NCBI GenBank assembly: GCA_934101495.1
Contig: CAKORG010000001.1
Span: 8,214 to 72,213 of the forward strand
DNA: 64,000 nucleotides
Source: an uncultured Bacilli bacterium
GTDB taxonomy: Bacteria; Bacillota_I; Bacilli_A; RF39; UBA660
Direction of reading: 5' to 3'
Part shown: positions 12,663-21,013 of the stretch, piece after piece
Layout: each line of letters opens with the position of its first letter
Position numbering within the stretch: the first letter of the stretch is position 1
Made by a program: the position numbers and the translations under genes
The notes under the pieces: model-generated
The model's input: the letters and a program-made list of their open reading frames with translations, nothing else
What the model was told of the DNA's origin: nothing
Database searches by the model: none

Positions 12663-12831
12663 ATGCCTCTAACCTATCCTAATAATAATTTTAAAATAAA
12701 ATGTCTTTAAAGTCAATTATTTATAATGAATTTATTTACAATTTTTTTATTATGTAAATTTATTATACCCTAAGTATTTAACCCAATACATATTTTAGGT
12801 AAAACATACTATAAGTTAGGGAGGAAAATTT

Positions 12832-13266
12832 ATGTTATTTGATGATAATTTGGGTTTCTTTGGATTTACAATACCTAAAGAAGTAAAATTTGATAAAACT
12901 AATATGCTTACTAGTGTACCTACTGGATTTACTAAAGGAAATATGTTTCAAGATGAATATATTCCTTATAAAGATTATAAGCCAGCTAAAATAGTAGCTA
13001 AAAATGAACAAGAAGCATTACTTCTAGATATTATGGCATTATCCTTTGCAATTAATGATTTAAATATTTACTTAGATTTACATCCGGAGGATACTGAAAT
13101 GTTAAAAAAATTCAAAGAACTTACAGAAAAGTCGTGTGAAAAAGAAATGGAGTATGTAAAGTGTTATGGTCCACTTGAAGTTATGGATAATGAATCTTTA
13201 AACAAATTTGAATGGATTAATAACCCTTGGCCATGGGAAAATACCGGAGGTACTAAATATGTTTAA
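12832..13266 (+). CDS. cotJB: spore coat protein CotJB-family protein with an additional N-terminal region (possibly CotJA-like)
   Basis: 144 aa; C-terminal half (LDIMALSFAINDLNIYLDLHPEDTEMLKKFKELTEKSCEKEMEYVKCYGPL...NPWPWEN) matches the CotJB hallmark including the PWPW motif; RBS GGGAGG upstream; 8-nt overlap with cotJC. Confidence 0.7.
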   Translation: MLFDDNLGFFGFTIPKEVKFDKTNMLTSVPTGFTKGNMFQDEYIPYKDYKPAKIVAKNEQEALLLDIMALSFAINDLNIYLDLHPEDTEMLKKFKELTEKSCEKEMEYVKCYGPLEVMDNESLNKFEWINNPWPWENTGGTKYV

Positions 13267-13819
13267 ATATGTAAAACATTTATCTTATCCAATTAGTGTT
13301 ACTAAAAAAGATTTAAAAATGGCAAAATTAATTATTACACAAGTTGGTGGATATGCTGGAGAACTTGGGGCAGCACTTAGATATTTTCATCAAAAATTTA
13401 CAATGCCAGATGAAAAAGGAAGAGCGCTTTTGAACGATATTGCCACTGAAGAAATAGGTCATTTAGAAATGGTTGCTACAATTGTTTCACAACTTATGGA
13501 AAATGCTACAATTGAAGAAATTAAAGAAGCTGGACTTGAAAGTTTCTACACTGAACATGGGAAAGGAGTATTCCCAATGAGTGCTGATGGTGTTGCTTTT
13601 GACGCATCAACATTTGCAGTTACTGGTAACCCACTTGCTGATTTAGTTGAAGATATGGCAGCAGAACAAAAAGCTAGGGTTGCTTATGAACATCTAATTG
13701 ATTTGGCTACAGACCCAAAAGTTATTGAACCACTTCTATTCTTGCGTCAAAGGGAAATTATTCACTTCAATCGTTTTGAAGAACTTTATAACTATTATAA
13801 GGAAAAAGGATATAAATAA
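13259..13819 (+). CDS. cotJC: spore coat protein CotJC (manganese-catalase / ferritin-like family)
   Basis: Strong similarity to CotJC (KLAKLIITQVGGYAGELGAALRYFHQKFTMPD...TEEIGHLEMVATIV...AAEQKARVAYEHLIDL). Start revised to ATG 13259 (MFKYVKHLSYPISV...) with RBS GGAGG at 13246..13250; the track start at 13208 is an upstream in-frame codon. Confidence 0.85.
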   Translation: MFKYVKHLSYPISVTKKDLKMAKLIITQVGGYAGELGAALRYFHQKFTMPDEKGRALLNDIATEEIGHLEMVATIVSQLMENATIEEIKEAGLESFYTEHGKGVFPMSADGVAFDASTFAVTGNPLADLVEDMAAEQKARVAYEHLIDLATDPKVIEPLLFLRQREIIHFNRFEELYNYYKEKGYK

Positions 13820-13824
13820 TATGA

Positions 13825-13843
13825 AAGCCGTTATGGCTTTTTA
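13825..13843 (+). terminator. weak rho-independent terminator after cotJC (AAGCC-gttat-GGCTT + TTT)
   Basis: Hairpin seen 6 nt after the cotJC stop codon. Confidence 0.4.
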
Positions 13844-13869
13844 TTATGGCCAATTTTTCAAAAAAGCAT

Positions 13870-13898
13870 TTGAATATTTTTATAAATTAGGGTATAAT
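13870..13898 (+). promoter_or_regulatory. sigma-A-type promoter for ftsK: -35 TTGAAT, 17 bp, -10 TATAAT
   Basis: TTGAAT at 13870..13875 and TATAAT at 13893..13898; RBS AAGGTGA precedes ATG 13916. Confidence 0.5.
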
Positions 13899-13915
13899 TA
13901 ATTAAGGTGATAAAA

Positions 13916-16159
13916 ATGGCAAAGAAGAAAAAAACTAAAGAAAGTAATAATAGCAGTTATAGTGTTGAACTTACTGGTCTTATCCTTATACTTATAGGTA
14001 TAATTGGTTTTGGCTTTGGCTTTATTGGTTCCCTGCTTAAAAAGTTTGCAATATTTCTTGCTGGCACTTGGTGGATAATTATATTAATATCCTTAATAGT
14101 GCTTGGGCTTTACATGCTTTACAAAAGAAAAATGCCAAAATTTACTAGTTCTAAATTAATTGGATTATATATTTTTTTCCTTATTTTATTAGTTGCTAGC
14201 CATTTTGAATTTTTATCTATAACTCAGAATCCGAAAGAAATTATTATGGAAACATATAATAATTTTATGGAAAGAATATCATCAATAAATGCATCTAATG
14301 CTTTAAATACATCTGGTATTACTACAGTTGTAATTGGTGGTGGTTTTATTGGAGCTTTATTTACTGCCCTATTTTATGGATTATTTGGTAAAACTGGCAC
14401 TATTGTTATTTTAGTTTCACTTGGCATATTTGCATCTGTTTTAACATTTAATTTCAATTTATCAAATATTTTTGCTAAAATATTTAGTTTATTTAAAAGA
14501 AAGAAGAAAGATAAAGTTGAAACTACAAATGAGGAACCAATTCCAATTAGTAATAGTAATGATATAAAAGAAATATCTGAAGTTAAACCTTTAGAAAAAG
14601 AAAAAATTATTATTACTAGTATGGAAGAATTAAAAACTAAACCTATTAATCAAGAATCATTAGAAAAAAATGAATCTAAACAAGAAGAAGCTGTTGATAA
14701 TGGTGATGAATATTATAGATTACCAAAATTTAGTGAAGTATTTGATCCATTAAAACCTAAAAAAGTTAATAGTACAACATTTACACAAAGTAATAAAGAA
14801 ATTCTTGAAAGAGTTTTAAAAGATTTTGGTATTGCTGCCAAAGTTGTGGAAATTCATATTGGACCAGCAGTTACAGAATATGAACTTACTGTTCCACCAG
14901 CTACTAAAGTAAATAGAATACTAAGTATTGATAAAGAAATAGCTTTGGCACTTGCTGCTAAAGATGTAATAATACAAGCACCTATTCCTGGAAAAAGTAC
15001 AATTGGTATTGAAATACCAAATCCAAGTATTTCAAGTGTTACTTTAAGGGAAGTTCTTGAAAGTCCACAAAACTTAAAAAGTGATGCTAAAATATGTGCA
15101 GCTTTAGGTAAGGATATAATGGGTACTCCAAAAGTATTTGACTTAACAAAGATGCCTCACCTTTTAGTTGCTGGTTCTACTGGTTCAGGTAAATCTGTTT
15201 GTATCAATGGTATTATTGCTTCAATATTAATGCGTTATAAACCAACTGAAGTAAAACTTGTTCTTGTTGACCCTAAAAAAGTTGAACTTACAAATTATAA
15301 TGGTATTCCTCACCTACTTTGTCCAGTTGTAAGTGACCCTAAAAAAGCAAGTTTAACACTACAAAGAGTTGTTACAGAAATGGATAGAAGATTTCAAACA
15401 TTTAGTGATAAAGAAGTAAAAAATATTTCTGGATATAATGAAATGATTGATAAATATAATAAAAAACATCCAGAAAGTCCACAAAATAGAATGCCCTATA
15501 TAGTTGTTATAATTGATGAACTTGCGGATTTAATGCTTGTTGCATCTAAAGAAGTTGAAGATTCAATTACTCGTATTACTCAACTTGCACGTGCAGCTGG
15601 TATCCACCTTATTGTTGCAACTCAAAGACCATCAACCGATGTCATTACTGGGTTAATCAAAAATAATATTCCATCACGTATTGCTTTTGCTGTTGCATCA
15701 CAAATTGACTCTCGTACTATTCTTGACCAAAGAGGTGCTGAAAGACTTCTTGGTAAAGGTGATATGTTATATTTTCCAATGGGTGAATCTGCACCAACAA
15801 GAATTCAAGGGTGCTTTATAAATGATGATGAAATTAAAAGATTAATAGATTTTTGTAAAAATCAAGGTACTGCTAAATATGATCAAACATTTGAAAATGT
15901 TAGTCAAAATACTTCAAGTGGTTCAGGTTCTTCTAGCGCTGGTGGTGAAGATGATGATGCATATAATGATGTTGTGGAATTTGCTATTCAAACAGGCAAA
16001 ATTAGTGCTTCACTAATTCAAAGAAGATTTAGGTTTGGTTATAACAGAGCTGCTAGAATGATGGATCTGCTTGAAGCTCGTGGCATAGTTGGACCTCAAA
16101 ATGGTTCTAAACCTCGTGAAGTTTTAGTAAAGTTAGAGAAAAATAATGTCGAAGAATAA
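13916..16159 (+). CDS. ftsK: DNA translocase FtsK/SpoIIIE
   Basis: N-terminal 4-TM region, linker, motor domain with Walker A GSTGSGKSVCINGI, C-terminal gamma domain (RFRFGYNRAARMMDLLEARGIVG). Start revised to ATG 13916 (MAKKKK); the track start at 13907 is a GTG. Confidence 0.9.
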   Translation: MAKKKKTKESNNSSYSVELTGLILILIGIIGFGFGFIGSLLKKFAIFLAGTWWIIILISLIVLGLYMLYKRKMPKFTSSKLIGLYIFFLILLVASHFEFLSITQNPKEIIMETYNNFMERISSINASNALNTSGITTVVIGGGFIGALFTALFYGLFGKTGTIVILVSLGIFASVLTFNFNLSNIFAKIFSLFKRKKKDKVETTNEEPIPISNSNDIKEISEVKPLEKEKIIITSMEELKTKPINQESLEKNESKQEEAVDNGDEYYRLPKFSEVFDPLKPKKVNSTTFTQSNKEILERVLKDFGIAAKVVEIHIGPAVTEYELTVPPATKVNRILSIDKEIALALAAKDVIIQAPIPGKSTIGIEIPNPSISSVTLREVLESPQNLKSDAKICAALGKDIMGTPKVFDLTKMPHLLVAGSTGSGKSVCINGIIASILMRYKPTEVKLVLVDPKKVELTNYNGIPHLLCPVVSDPKKASLTLQRVVTEMDRRFQTFSDKEVKNISGYNEMIDKYNKKHPESPQNRMPYIVVIIDELADLMLVASKEVEDSITRITQLARAAGIHLIVATQRPSTDVITGLIKNNIPSRIAFAVASQIDSRTILDQRGAERLLGKGDMLYFPMGESAPTRIQGCFINDDEIKRLIDFCKNQGTAKYDQTFENVSQNTSSGSGSSSAGGEDDDAYNDVVEFAIQTGKISASLIQRRFRFGYNRAARMMDLLEARGIVGPQNGSKPREVLVKLEKNNVEE

Positions 16160-16200
16160 GAAAATTATTTAAAAATATAAAATAATGTGTTATATTATAA

Positions 16201-16797
16201 ATGAAAGGTATGGTGTGTATGGCAAATACAAATGATATAAAAAAAACAAAAGAAGAAGTTAATGAAATGAAAGAAGCTAAAAATATATTTGCTTCTAAAA
16301 ACTTTTTAATTATTTTAGGAGTTGTACTTTTATTAATTCTGATTATATTTTATGTTTACAGAGTTAATAAAACTAATGAAACAGAAAAATATAGTACAAG
16401 TTATTTAGTCAGTACTGGTACAGTAAGCTTAGAAATTAAGAATTTAGATGAAGTTAATCAAATTCTTACTGAGTCACCTAATGAATATTTTGTTTTAATT
16501 ACTTATACTGGTGATAAAGATACTTATAAATTAGAAACAGGCTTAAAAACTATTATTGATAAATATAAATTAAGTGACTCTTTCTATTATATAAATGTAA
16601 AAGATATGTTAAATGAAGATAATTACTTAACAAGATTAAATAATGCTTTTGGAACAGATAAAATTACTAAAATTCCTGTAATACTTTTTTATAGAGATGG
16701 TAAAGTTGTAAATACAGTTCATAGAAATGATAATAATGTTATAAACGCTGGAGATTTTCAAAAGCTTTTAGATATTTATGAATACCAAGGCCAATAA
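16201..16797 (+). CDS. membrane-anchored thioredoxin-fold protein lacking a CxxC active site
   Basis: 198 aa; TM FLIILGVVLLLILIIFYVY; C-terminal PVILFYRDGKVV resembles thioredoxin-family beta-strand motifs but no CxxC is present. Confidence 0.5.
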   Translation: MKGMVCMANTNDIKKTKEEVNEMKEAKNIFASKNFLIILGVVLLLILIIFYVYRVNKTNETEKYSTSYLVSTGTVSLEIKNLDEVNQILTESPNEYFVLITYTGDKDTYKLETGLKTIIDKYKLSDSFYYINVKDMLNEDNYLTRLNNAFGTDKITKIPVILFYRDGKVVNTVHRNDNNVINAGDFQKLLDIYEYQGQ

Positions 16798-16808
16798 TGG
16801 CCTTTTTT
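16789..16808 (+). terminator. rho-independent terminator (GGCCA-ataa-TGGCC + T6) overlapping the stop codon of the upstream gene
   Basis: Hairpin ggccaataatggcc followed by tttttt at 16803..16808; the TAA stop sits in the loop. Confidence 0.6.
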
Positions 16809-16821
16809 AAGGAGTGAAATT

Positions 16822-17340
16822 ATGTTAAATGTTGTTTTATTTGAGCCGGAAATACCTCAGAATACTGGTAATATAATGAGAACTTGTGTGGCAACTAATA
16901 CTACTCTACATTTAATTAAACCTTTAGGTTTTAAAGTTGATGATGCTTCACTTAAAAGAAGTGGTGTTAATTATATAGATAAATTAAAGTGGTATGTATA
17001 TGAGGGTTGGGAAGATTTTTTAAGTAAGAATCAAAATGGTACATTTTATTTTTTAACGAGATATGGTCATAAACCACATTCTAGTTTTGATTATAGTAAC
17101 TTAAATGAAAATATCTATTTTGTTTTTGGAAAAGAATCCACAGGTATACCAAAAGATATTTTGAAACCCCACATTGATAAATGTATGAGAATGCCTATGA
17201 CTTCTAATGTACGAGCTCTCAACTTATCTAATACAGTTGCCATAATGCTTTATGAAGCTTTAAGACAAAGAAATTATAATGGACTATTATTTGATGAGCC
17301 ACATAAATCAAAAACTGAAATCGAAGATTTTGAAGAATGA
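16822..17340 (+). CDS. trmL: tRNA (cytidine/uridine-2'-O)-methyltransferase TrmL (SpoU/TrmH class)
   Basis: 172 aa; MLNVVLFEPEIPQNTGNIMRTCVATNTTLHLIKPLGF... typical TrmL/CspR N-terminus; RBS AAGGAG. Confidence 0.85.
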   Translation: MLNVVLFEPEIPQNTGNIMRTCVATNTTLHLIKPLGFKVDDASLKRSGVNYIDKLKWYVYEGWEDFLSKNQNGTFYFLTRYGHKPHSSFDYSNLNENIYFVFGKESTGIPKDILKPHIDKCMRMPMTSNVRALNLSNTVAIMLYEALRQRNYNGLLFDEPHKSKTEIEDFEE

Positions 17341-17423
17341 GATTTACTTATTCTTTTTTTCTTTACATCAATTTGACAAATACCAATGAAAATGATACAA
17401 TGTTAGTGATGCGGGGGACATTT

Positions 17424-18842
17424 ATGAATGAAATGAGAGGATCAGAGTTAAAAGTTTTTTTTGAAAATCAGCCTGACGAATTTATTATGGATTTCTTTGT
17501 ATTTCAAAATGAACTTGAACTTGATGTGTTTTTAATAGGAATTTTATCAATTAAGAACGAAGACCTTAGATATAAAATGTTTGATAAATATTCTGTTTTC
17601 TTTAGAGAATTTGACTTAAAAGCTTTTAAAAAACTATTTACGGATGAAGAACTAGCTGATATTGCTTATGAGTTTTTGGATAAAATGAAATCATTAAGCA
17701 TTCATTTAAAAGCAATATTTGTTGTCGCTACACAAAATGAAGAATTATTATTAAAATACTTTAGTGAAGCTATAACAGATGAAGATAAAATGGAATATAT
17801 TAAGAATGTACATTATCGCTTTGGATATTTTAGTGAGTTAGAGCAATATTTAATAAGTAACTTACATGACGAAAGATTAAAATATTTATTGAATTCAAAT
17901 AGTCCCGATAAAAAGGAAATGTATTTAACCGAAGGATGCAAAGTATCTTCACAATCCATTTCATCAGGAATAACCATAGGTGTTGAATTAGAAACAACGA
18001 ATGAAAATATTAGTTTATTTAAAAATATGCCTTGTTTATTAGGAAGATTTGATGTGAAGAGTGATACTTCGGTTAAAAGCGGATTTGAAATTGTTTCACC
18101 AATAATGCATTATAATCAAAAAGATTTAGCAGAACTCGAAGCAGTTTGTACTGCTTTGCAAAAGTGTGGATTTGCTACTGACGATACATGTGGGGGTCAT
18201 ATTCATATTGGTGCTAGTTATCTCAAAACTAAAGAAGATTATGCAATGTTGTTATATTTATTTACCAATTGTGAAGATATAATTTATAAAATTTCTGATA
18301 GAAGTTGTTCTCAGAAAAGATTAAGTATTGAAAAATATGCTAGTAAAATTAAAGATAGACTTTTGATTTCAATATCTAATGGAGATTTAGATAATGCTGA
18401 ATCTTTTTCCGATTATGTTAAAGCTTTAAAGAACATTATGAGGACTAGACATTGTGGTCTTAATCTTCAAAATATAAATAAACCTGAAAAGAATACTATT
18501 GAGTTTAGAATGGCAAATGGAGAAATTGATTATAAAGAATTGCTTGCAAACATTAATCTTTTTGCTAGACTTATTCAAATTTCACACGATTTAAATACTT
18601 TCGATGAAAATTATTATAAGGTTAAATATGCACAAAAAATTGGGCAAGAACCTGATGAAGAAAGACGTCTTGAATTTTTGTTAGCTTTATTATTTGATGA
18701 CGAAAAAGAAAAAGAAATTTATCGTGAGAGATATGCAACAAATTCTAGGATTATGGAGCTTATTGATGGTGATATCATTGCTCCAGCACATGAGTTAATT
18801 GGTATGAGTCGCGAAAGAAAGTTGTGTAAGAAGACAATATAA
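17424..18842 (+). CDS. Amidoligase_2 (GCS2/glutamine-synthetase-like amidoligase) family protein with an about 190-aa N-terminal alpha-helical extension of unknown function
   Basis: C-terminal 280 aa carry Amidoligase_2-like motifs (ITIGVELETT..., GFEIVSPIMHY..., CGGHIHIG..., TIEFRMANGEIDYKELLANINLFARLI). Preferred start ATG 17424 (MNEMRGSEL...) preceded by RBS GGGGGA at 17413..17418; alternative upstream ATG 17337 overlaps the trmL stop (ATGA). Confidence 0.6.
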   Translation: MNEMRGSELKVFFENQPDEFIMDFFVFQNELELDVFLIGILSIKNEDLRYKMFDKYSVFFREFDLKAFKKLFTDEELADIAYEFLDKMKSLSIHLKAIFVVATQNEELLLKYFSEAITDEDKMEYIKNVHYRFGYFSELEQYLISNLHDERLKYLLNSNSPDKKEMYLTEGCKVSSQSISSGITIGVELETTNENISLFKNMPCLLGRFDVKSDTSVKSGFEIVSPIMHYNQKDLAELEAVCTALQKCGFATDDTCGGHIHIGASYLKTKEDYAMLLYLFTNCEDIIYKISDRSCSQKRLSIEKYASKIKDRLLISISNGDLDNAESFSDYVKALKNIMRTRHCGLNLQNINKPEKNTIEFRMANGEIDYKELLANINLFARLIQISHDLNTFDENYYKVKYAQKIGQEPDEERRLEFLLALLFDDEKEKEIYRERYATNSRIMELIDGDIIAPAHELIGMSRERKLCKKTI

Positions 18843-18843
18843 A

Positions 18844-18867
18844 AAGCCTCATAGGGCTTTTTTTTAT
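18844..18867. terminator. bidirectional rho-independent terminator between convergent genes (AAGCCT-cata-GGGCTT + T8)
   Basis: Hairpin seen directly after the amidoligase stop; the A/T flanks allow function on both strands. Confidence 0.55.
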
Positions 18868-18876
18868 TTTATCAAA

Positions 18877-20034
18877 TCATTGTTTCAGTAAGGATTTTCC
18901 TCTTCCTAAGACTTTTAAATTTCTAATTATATAATCTAAAATATTTGCTTTTTTTACATCTTTTTCCACAGTTACATCAACCTCATCAATAATATTTCCA
19001 TCATCATCAATTATTTGTGCTAATCCCACTATATCGCCTTTTTTAACCGGAGCTTTTATTTTATCAACTAATAAATTAAATTTATAATTCGTAAAAGCAT
19101 CAGTATTTTTTAAAAGTTCTGTAGCGTCTTGTGCTAAAACAATGTTTGTAACATCTTTTTTTCCACGCTCTACTCTTACTTTTCCAAGTACTTCGCCCTT
19201 AGTTTTAATTATATTAATTTTATAAGTATTAAATGCATAATTTAACATTTTAACTGTATCACTACTTCTATTTTCAGTTGTATCTTCCCCCATTACTACA
19301 GATACTAATCGAAAATTATCTTTTTTAGCTGTTGCTGTTAAACAATAACCTGCAGTTTTTGTAAATCCAGTTTTAAGTCCATCAACACCTTCATAAAATC
19401 TAACTAATCGGTTGGTATTAACAAGCCAAATTCTTGAACCATCATTTTTTTCTAAATATTCTTCATATATACTTGTGTATTCTAATATTTTTGGATGTTT
19501 CAAAAGTTCTCTAGCAATAATTGACATATCTCTGGCTGTTGAATAATGCCCCTCAGCATCTAGTCCATGAGCATTTACAAAGTTGGTATTTACTGCACCA
19601 ATTTCTTTAAGTCTTTTGTTAAGCATTTCTACAAAAGCTACTTGTGAACCACCAATTTTTTCTGACATTGCTACCACAGCATCATTACCACTTGCTATAG
19701 CTATTCCTTTAAGTAAATCATGTACTGTGTAAACTTCACCAGCTTGTAAAAATACTTGACTTCCTCCCATGTTAGCTGCTTCATCACTTATTGTTACTTT
19801 ATCTTCTAGTTTTAGACTTCCATTATCTATTGCTTCCATAATTAGAAGCATGCTTCCAAGTTTTGTCATTGATGCTGGTGCTAACTTTTCATCAGCATTT
19901 TTTTCATAAAGCACTTTACCAGATAGATTATCCACTAAAATAGCACTTTTGGCATTCGGAGCAAAATCTTCTGCGGCTTTAACTCCTAGAGTTAAAAATA
20001 AAAAACTCATAATAATTAATAAAATCTTTTTCAT
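18877..20034 (-). CDS. dacF: serine-type D-alanyl-D-alanine carboxypeptidase (PBP5/DacA/DacF family)
   Basis: 385 aa; signal peptide; SxxK (ASMTKLGS), SGN (ASGNDAVVA) and KTG (GLKTGFT) motifs; PBP5 C-terminal domain. Confidence 0.85.
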   Translation of the reverse strand: MKKILLIIMSFLFLTLGVKAAEDFAPNAKSAILVDNLSGKVLYEKNADEKLAPASMTKLGSMLLIMEAIDNGSLKLEDKVTISDEAANMGGSQVFLQAGEVYTVHDLLKGIAIASGNDAVVAMSEKIGGSQVAFVEMLNKRLKEIGAVNTNFVNAHGLDAEGHYSTARDMSIIARELLKHPKILEYTSIYEEYLEKNDGSRIWLVNTNRLVRFYEGVDGLKTGFTKTAGYCLTATAKKDNFRLVSVVMGEDTTENRSSDTVKMLNYAFNTYKINIIKTKGEVLGKVRVERGKKDVTNIVLAQDATELLKNTDAFTNYKFNLLVDKIKAPVKKGDIVGLAQIIDDDGNIIDEVDVTVEKDVKKANILDYIIRNLKVLGRGKSLLKQ

Positions 20035-20072
20035 ATATACACCTTACTAATTATTATGATTATTATTTTTTA

Positions 20073-20666
20073 TTAGAACAATTTAAACTTTCTTTTTTTT
20101 ATTAATACAGCTGTTGTGCCCACTAAGCTAACTCCAATAACTCCAGGAACAATGCCTCCATCACTTTCTGGTTCATCATTATCATAAGTACACTTTCCAT
20201 CCTCTTTTTCTGCCATTTCATCATAATTTAGTGCATCTTTATCTGTACATCCCATTTTATAATAAACACAACTATCATCATTTTGATTAGCATTTCTATT
20301 ATAGTTTTTGGCTGCTTTATCCATACAACCAAATACTTTAGTTATACAGCTTCCATCATCTTTTTCTGCCGTCTTATCATAATTTAGTGCATCTTTATCT
20401 GTACAACCTTTTTTATAATAAATACAACTTCCATCATTTTGATTAGCATTCCTATTATAGTTTTTGGCACCACTATCTGTACATCCATAAATTATTTGTG
20501 GAGCACAAGTGCATGTTGGACTTAAAGTACCATCCTTACAAATAGTTCTACCATAAGAGTTACAACCCGCAACCCCACCATGATGTGAACAACAACCTTG
20601 TTGTGCATAAACTGGAAATGCTCCAACCAATAAAAAAAACAAACCTACTAAAATATACTTCTTCAT
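20073..20666 (-). CDS. secreted Cys-rich tandem-repeat protein with a C-terminal hydrophobic anchor and basic tail
   Basis: 197 aa; signal peptide MKKYILVGLFFLLVGAFPVYA; four about 26-aa units of pattern GC(T/M)D..A(K/L)NY(N/D)..A..(D/N)DGSC.Y; C-terminal GGIVPGVIGVSLVGTTAVLIKKRKFKLF. Confidence 0.6.
   Translation of the reverse strand: MKKYILVGLFFLLVGAFPVYAQQGCCSHHGGVAGCNSYGRTICKDGTLSPTCTCAPQIIYGCTDSGAKNYNRNANQNDGSCIYYKKGCTDKDALNYDKTAEKDDGSCITKVFGCMDKAAKNYNRNANQNDDSCVYYKMGCTDKDALNYDEMAEKEDGKCTYDNDEPESDGGIVPGVIGVSLVGTTAVLIKKRKFKLF
20175..20485. repeat. intragenic tandem repeat: two near-identical 156-nt (52-aa) units, each made of two 26-aa Cys-rich sub-repeats
   Basis: Near-identical nucleotide blocks starting around 20223 and 20379 (…ataatttagtgcatctttatctgtaca…) seen directly. 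Confidence 0.75.
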
Positions 20667-20716
20667 AACTTCCTACCTCTTTGTTATAAATATTTTAGCA
20701 TATTTGTTTATTTTTT

Positions 20717-21013
20717 TCAATTTAAAATATACTTAATTATATTCTTTATTTCTTTAATATCATCAATTAATAATGCCTCATTTAAGTTTTTTCTACTTTC
20801 ATAAATATGTAATTTACTTTCATATTCTTCTAACTTTTTACTTGTCTTATTAATTATATTACCTACATAACTTTTAGATACTTTTTCTAAATCCGCTATT
20901 TCTTGTAAAGTAAAATTTTCTTCATAATAAAACTTATAATATTTTTTATTTGATTCATTTAATAGTGAACCATATATATTAAAAAGCTCGCCATAATATA
21001 CAAAATCTTCCAT
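20717..21013 (-). CDS. ylxM: YlxM / UPF0122 family putative DNA-binding protein (SRP-operon associated)
   Basis: 98 aa; GELFNIYGSLLN...FTLQEIADLEKVSKSYV...EEYESKL matches B. subtilis YlxM; lies immediately downstream of ftsY as in Bacillus. Confidence 0.75.
   Translation of the reverse strand: MEDFVYYGELFNIYGSLLNESNKKYYKFYYEENFTLQEIADLEKVSKSYVGNIINKTSKKLEEYESKLHIYESRKNLNEALLIDDIKEIKNIIKYILN

Noticed and set aside
12788-12812. Sigma-E promoter call for cotJ (ACATATT ... CATACTAT)
   Set aside because: Only 10 bp between the candidate -35 and -10, and the -10 ends 6 nt before the GGGAGG RBS. It is kept as a weak note in findings rather than a feature
13821-13901. 26-aa ORF (MKAVMAFYYGQFFKKAFEYFYKLGYN) after cotJC
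   Set aside because: It overlaps the cotJC terminator hairpin and the ftsK promoter elements; no RBS; most likely non-coding
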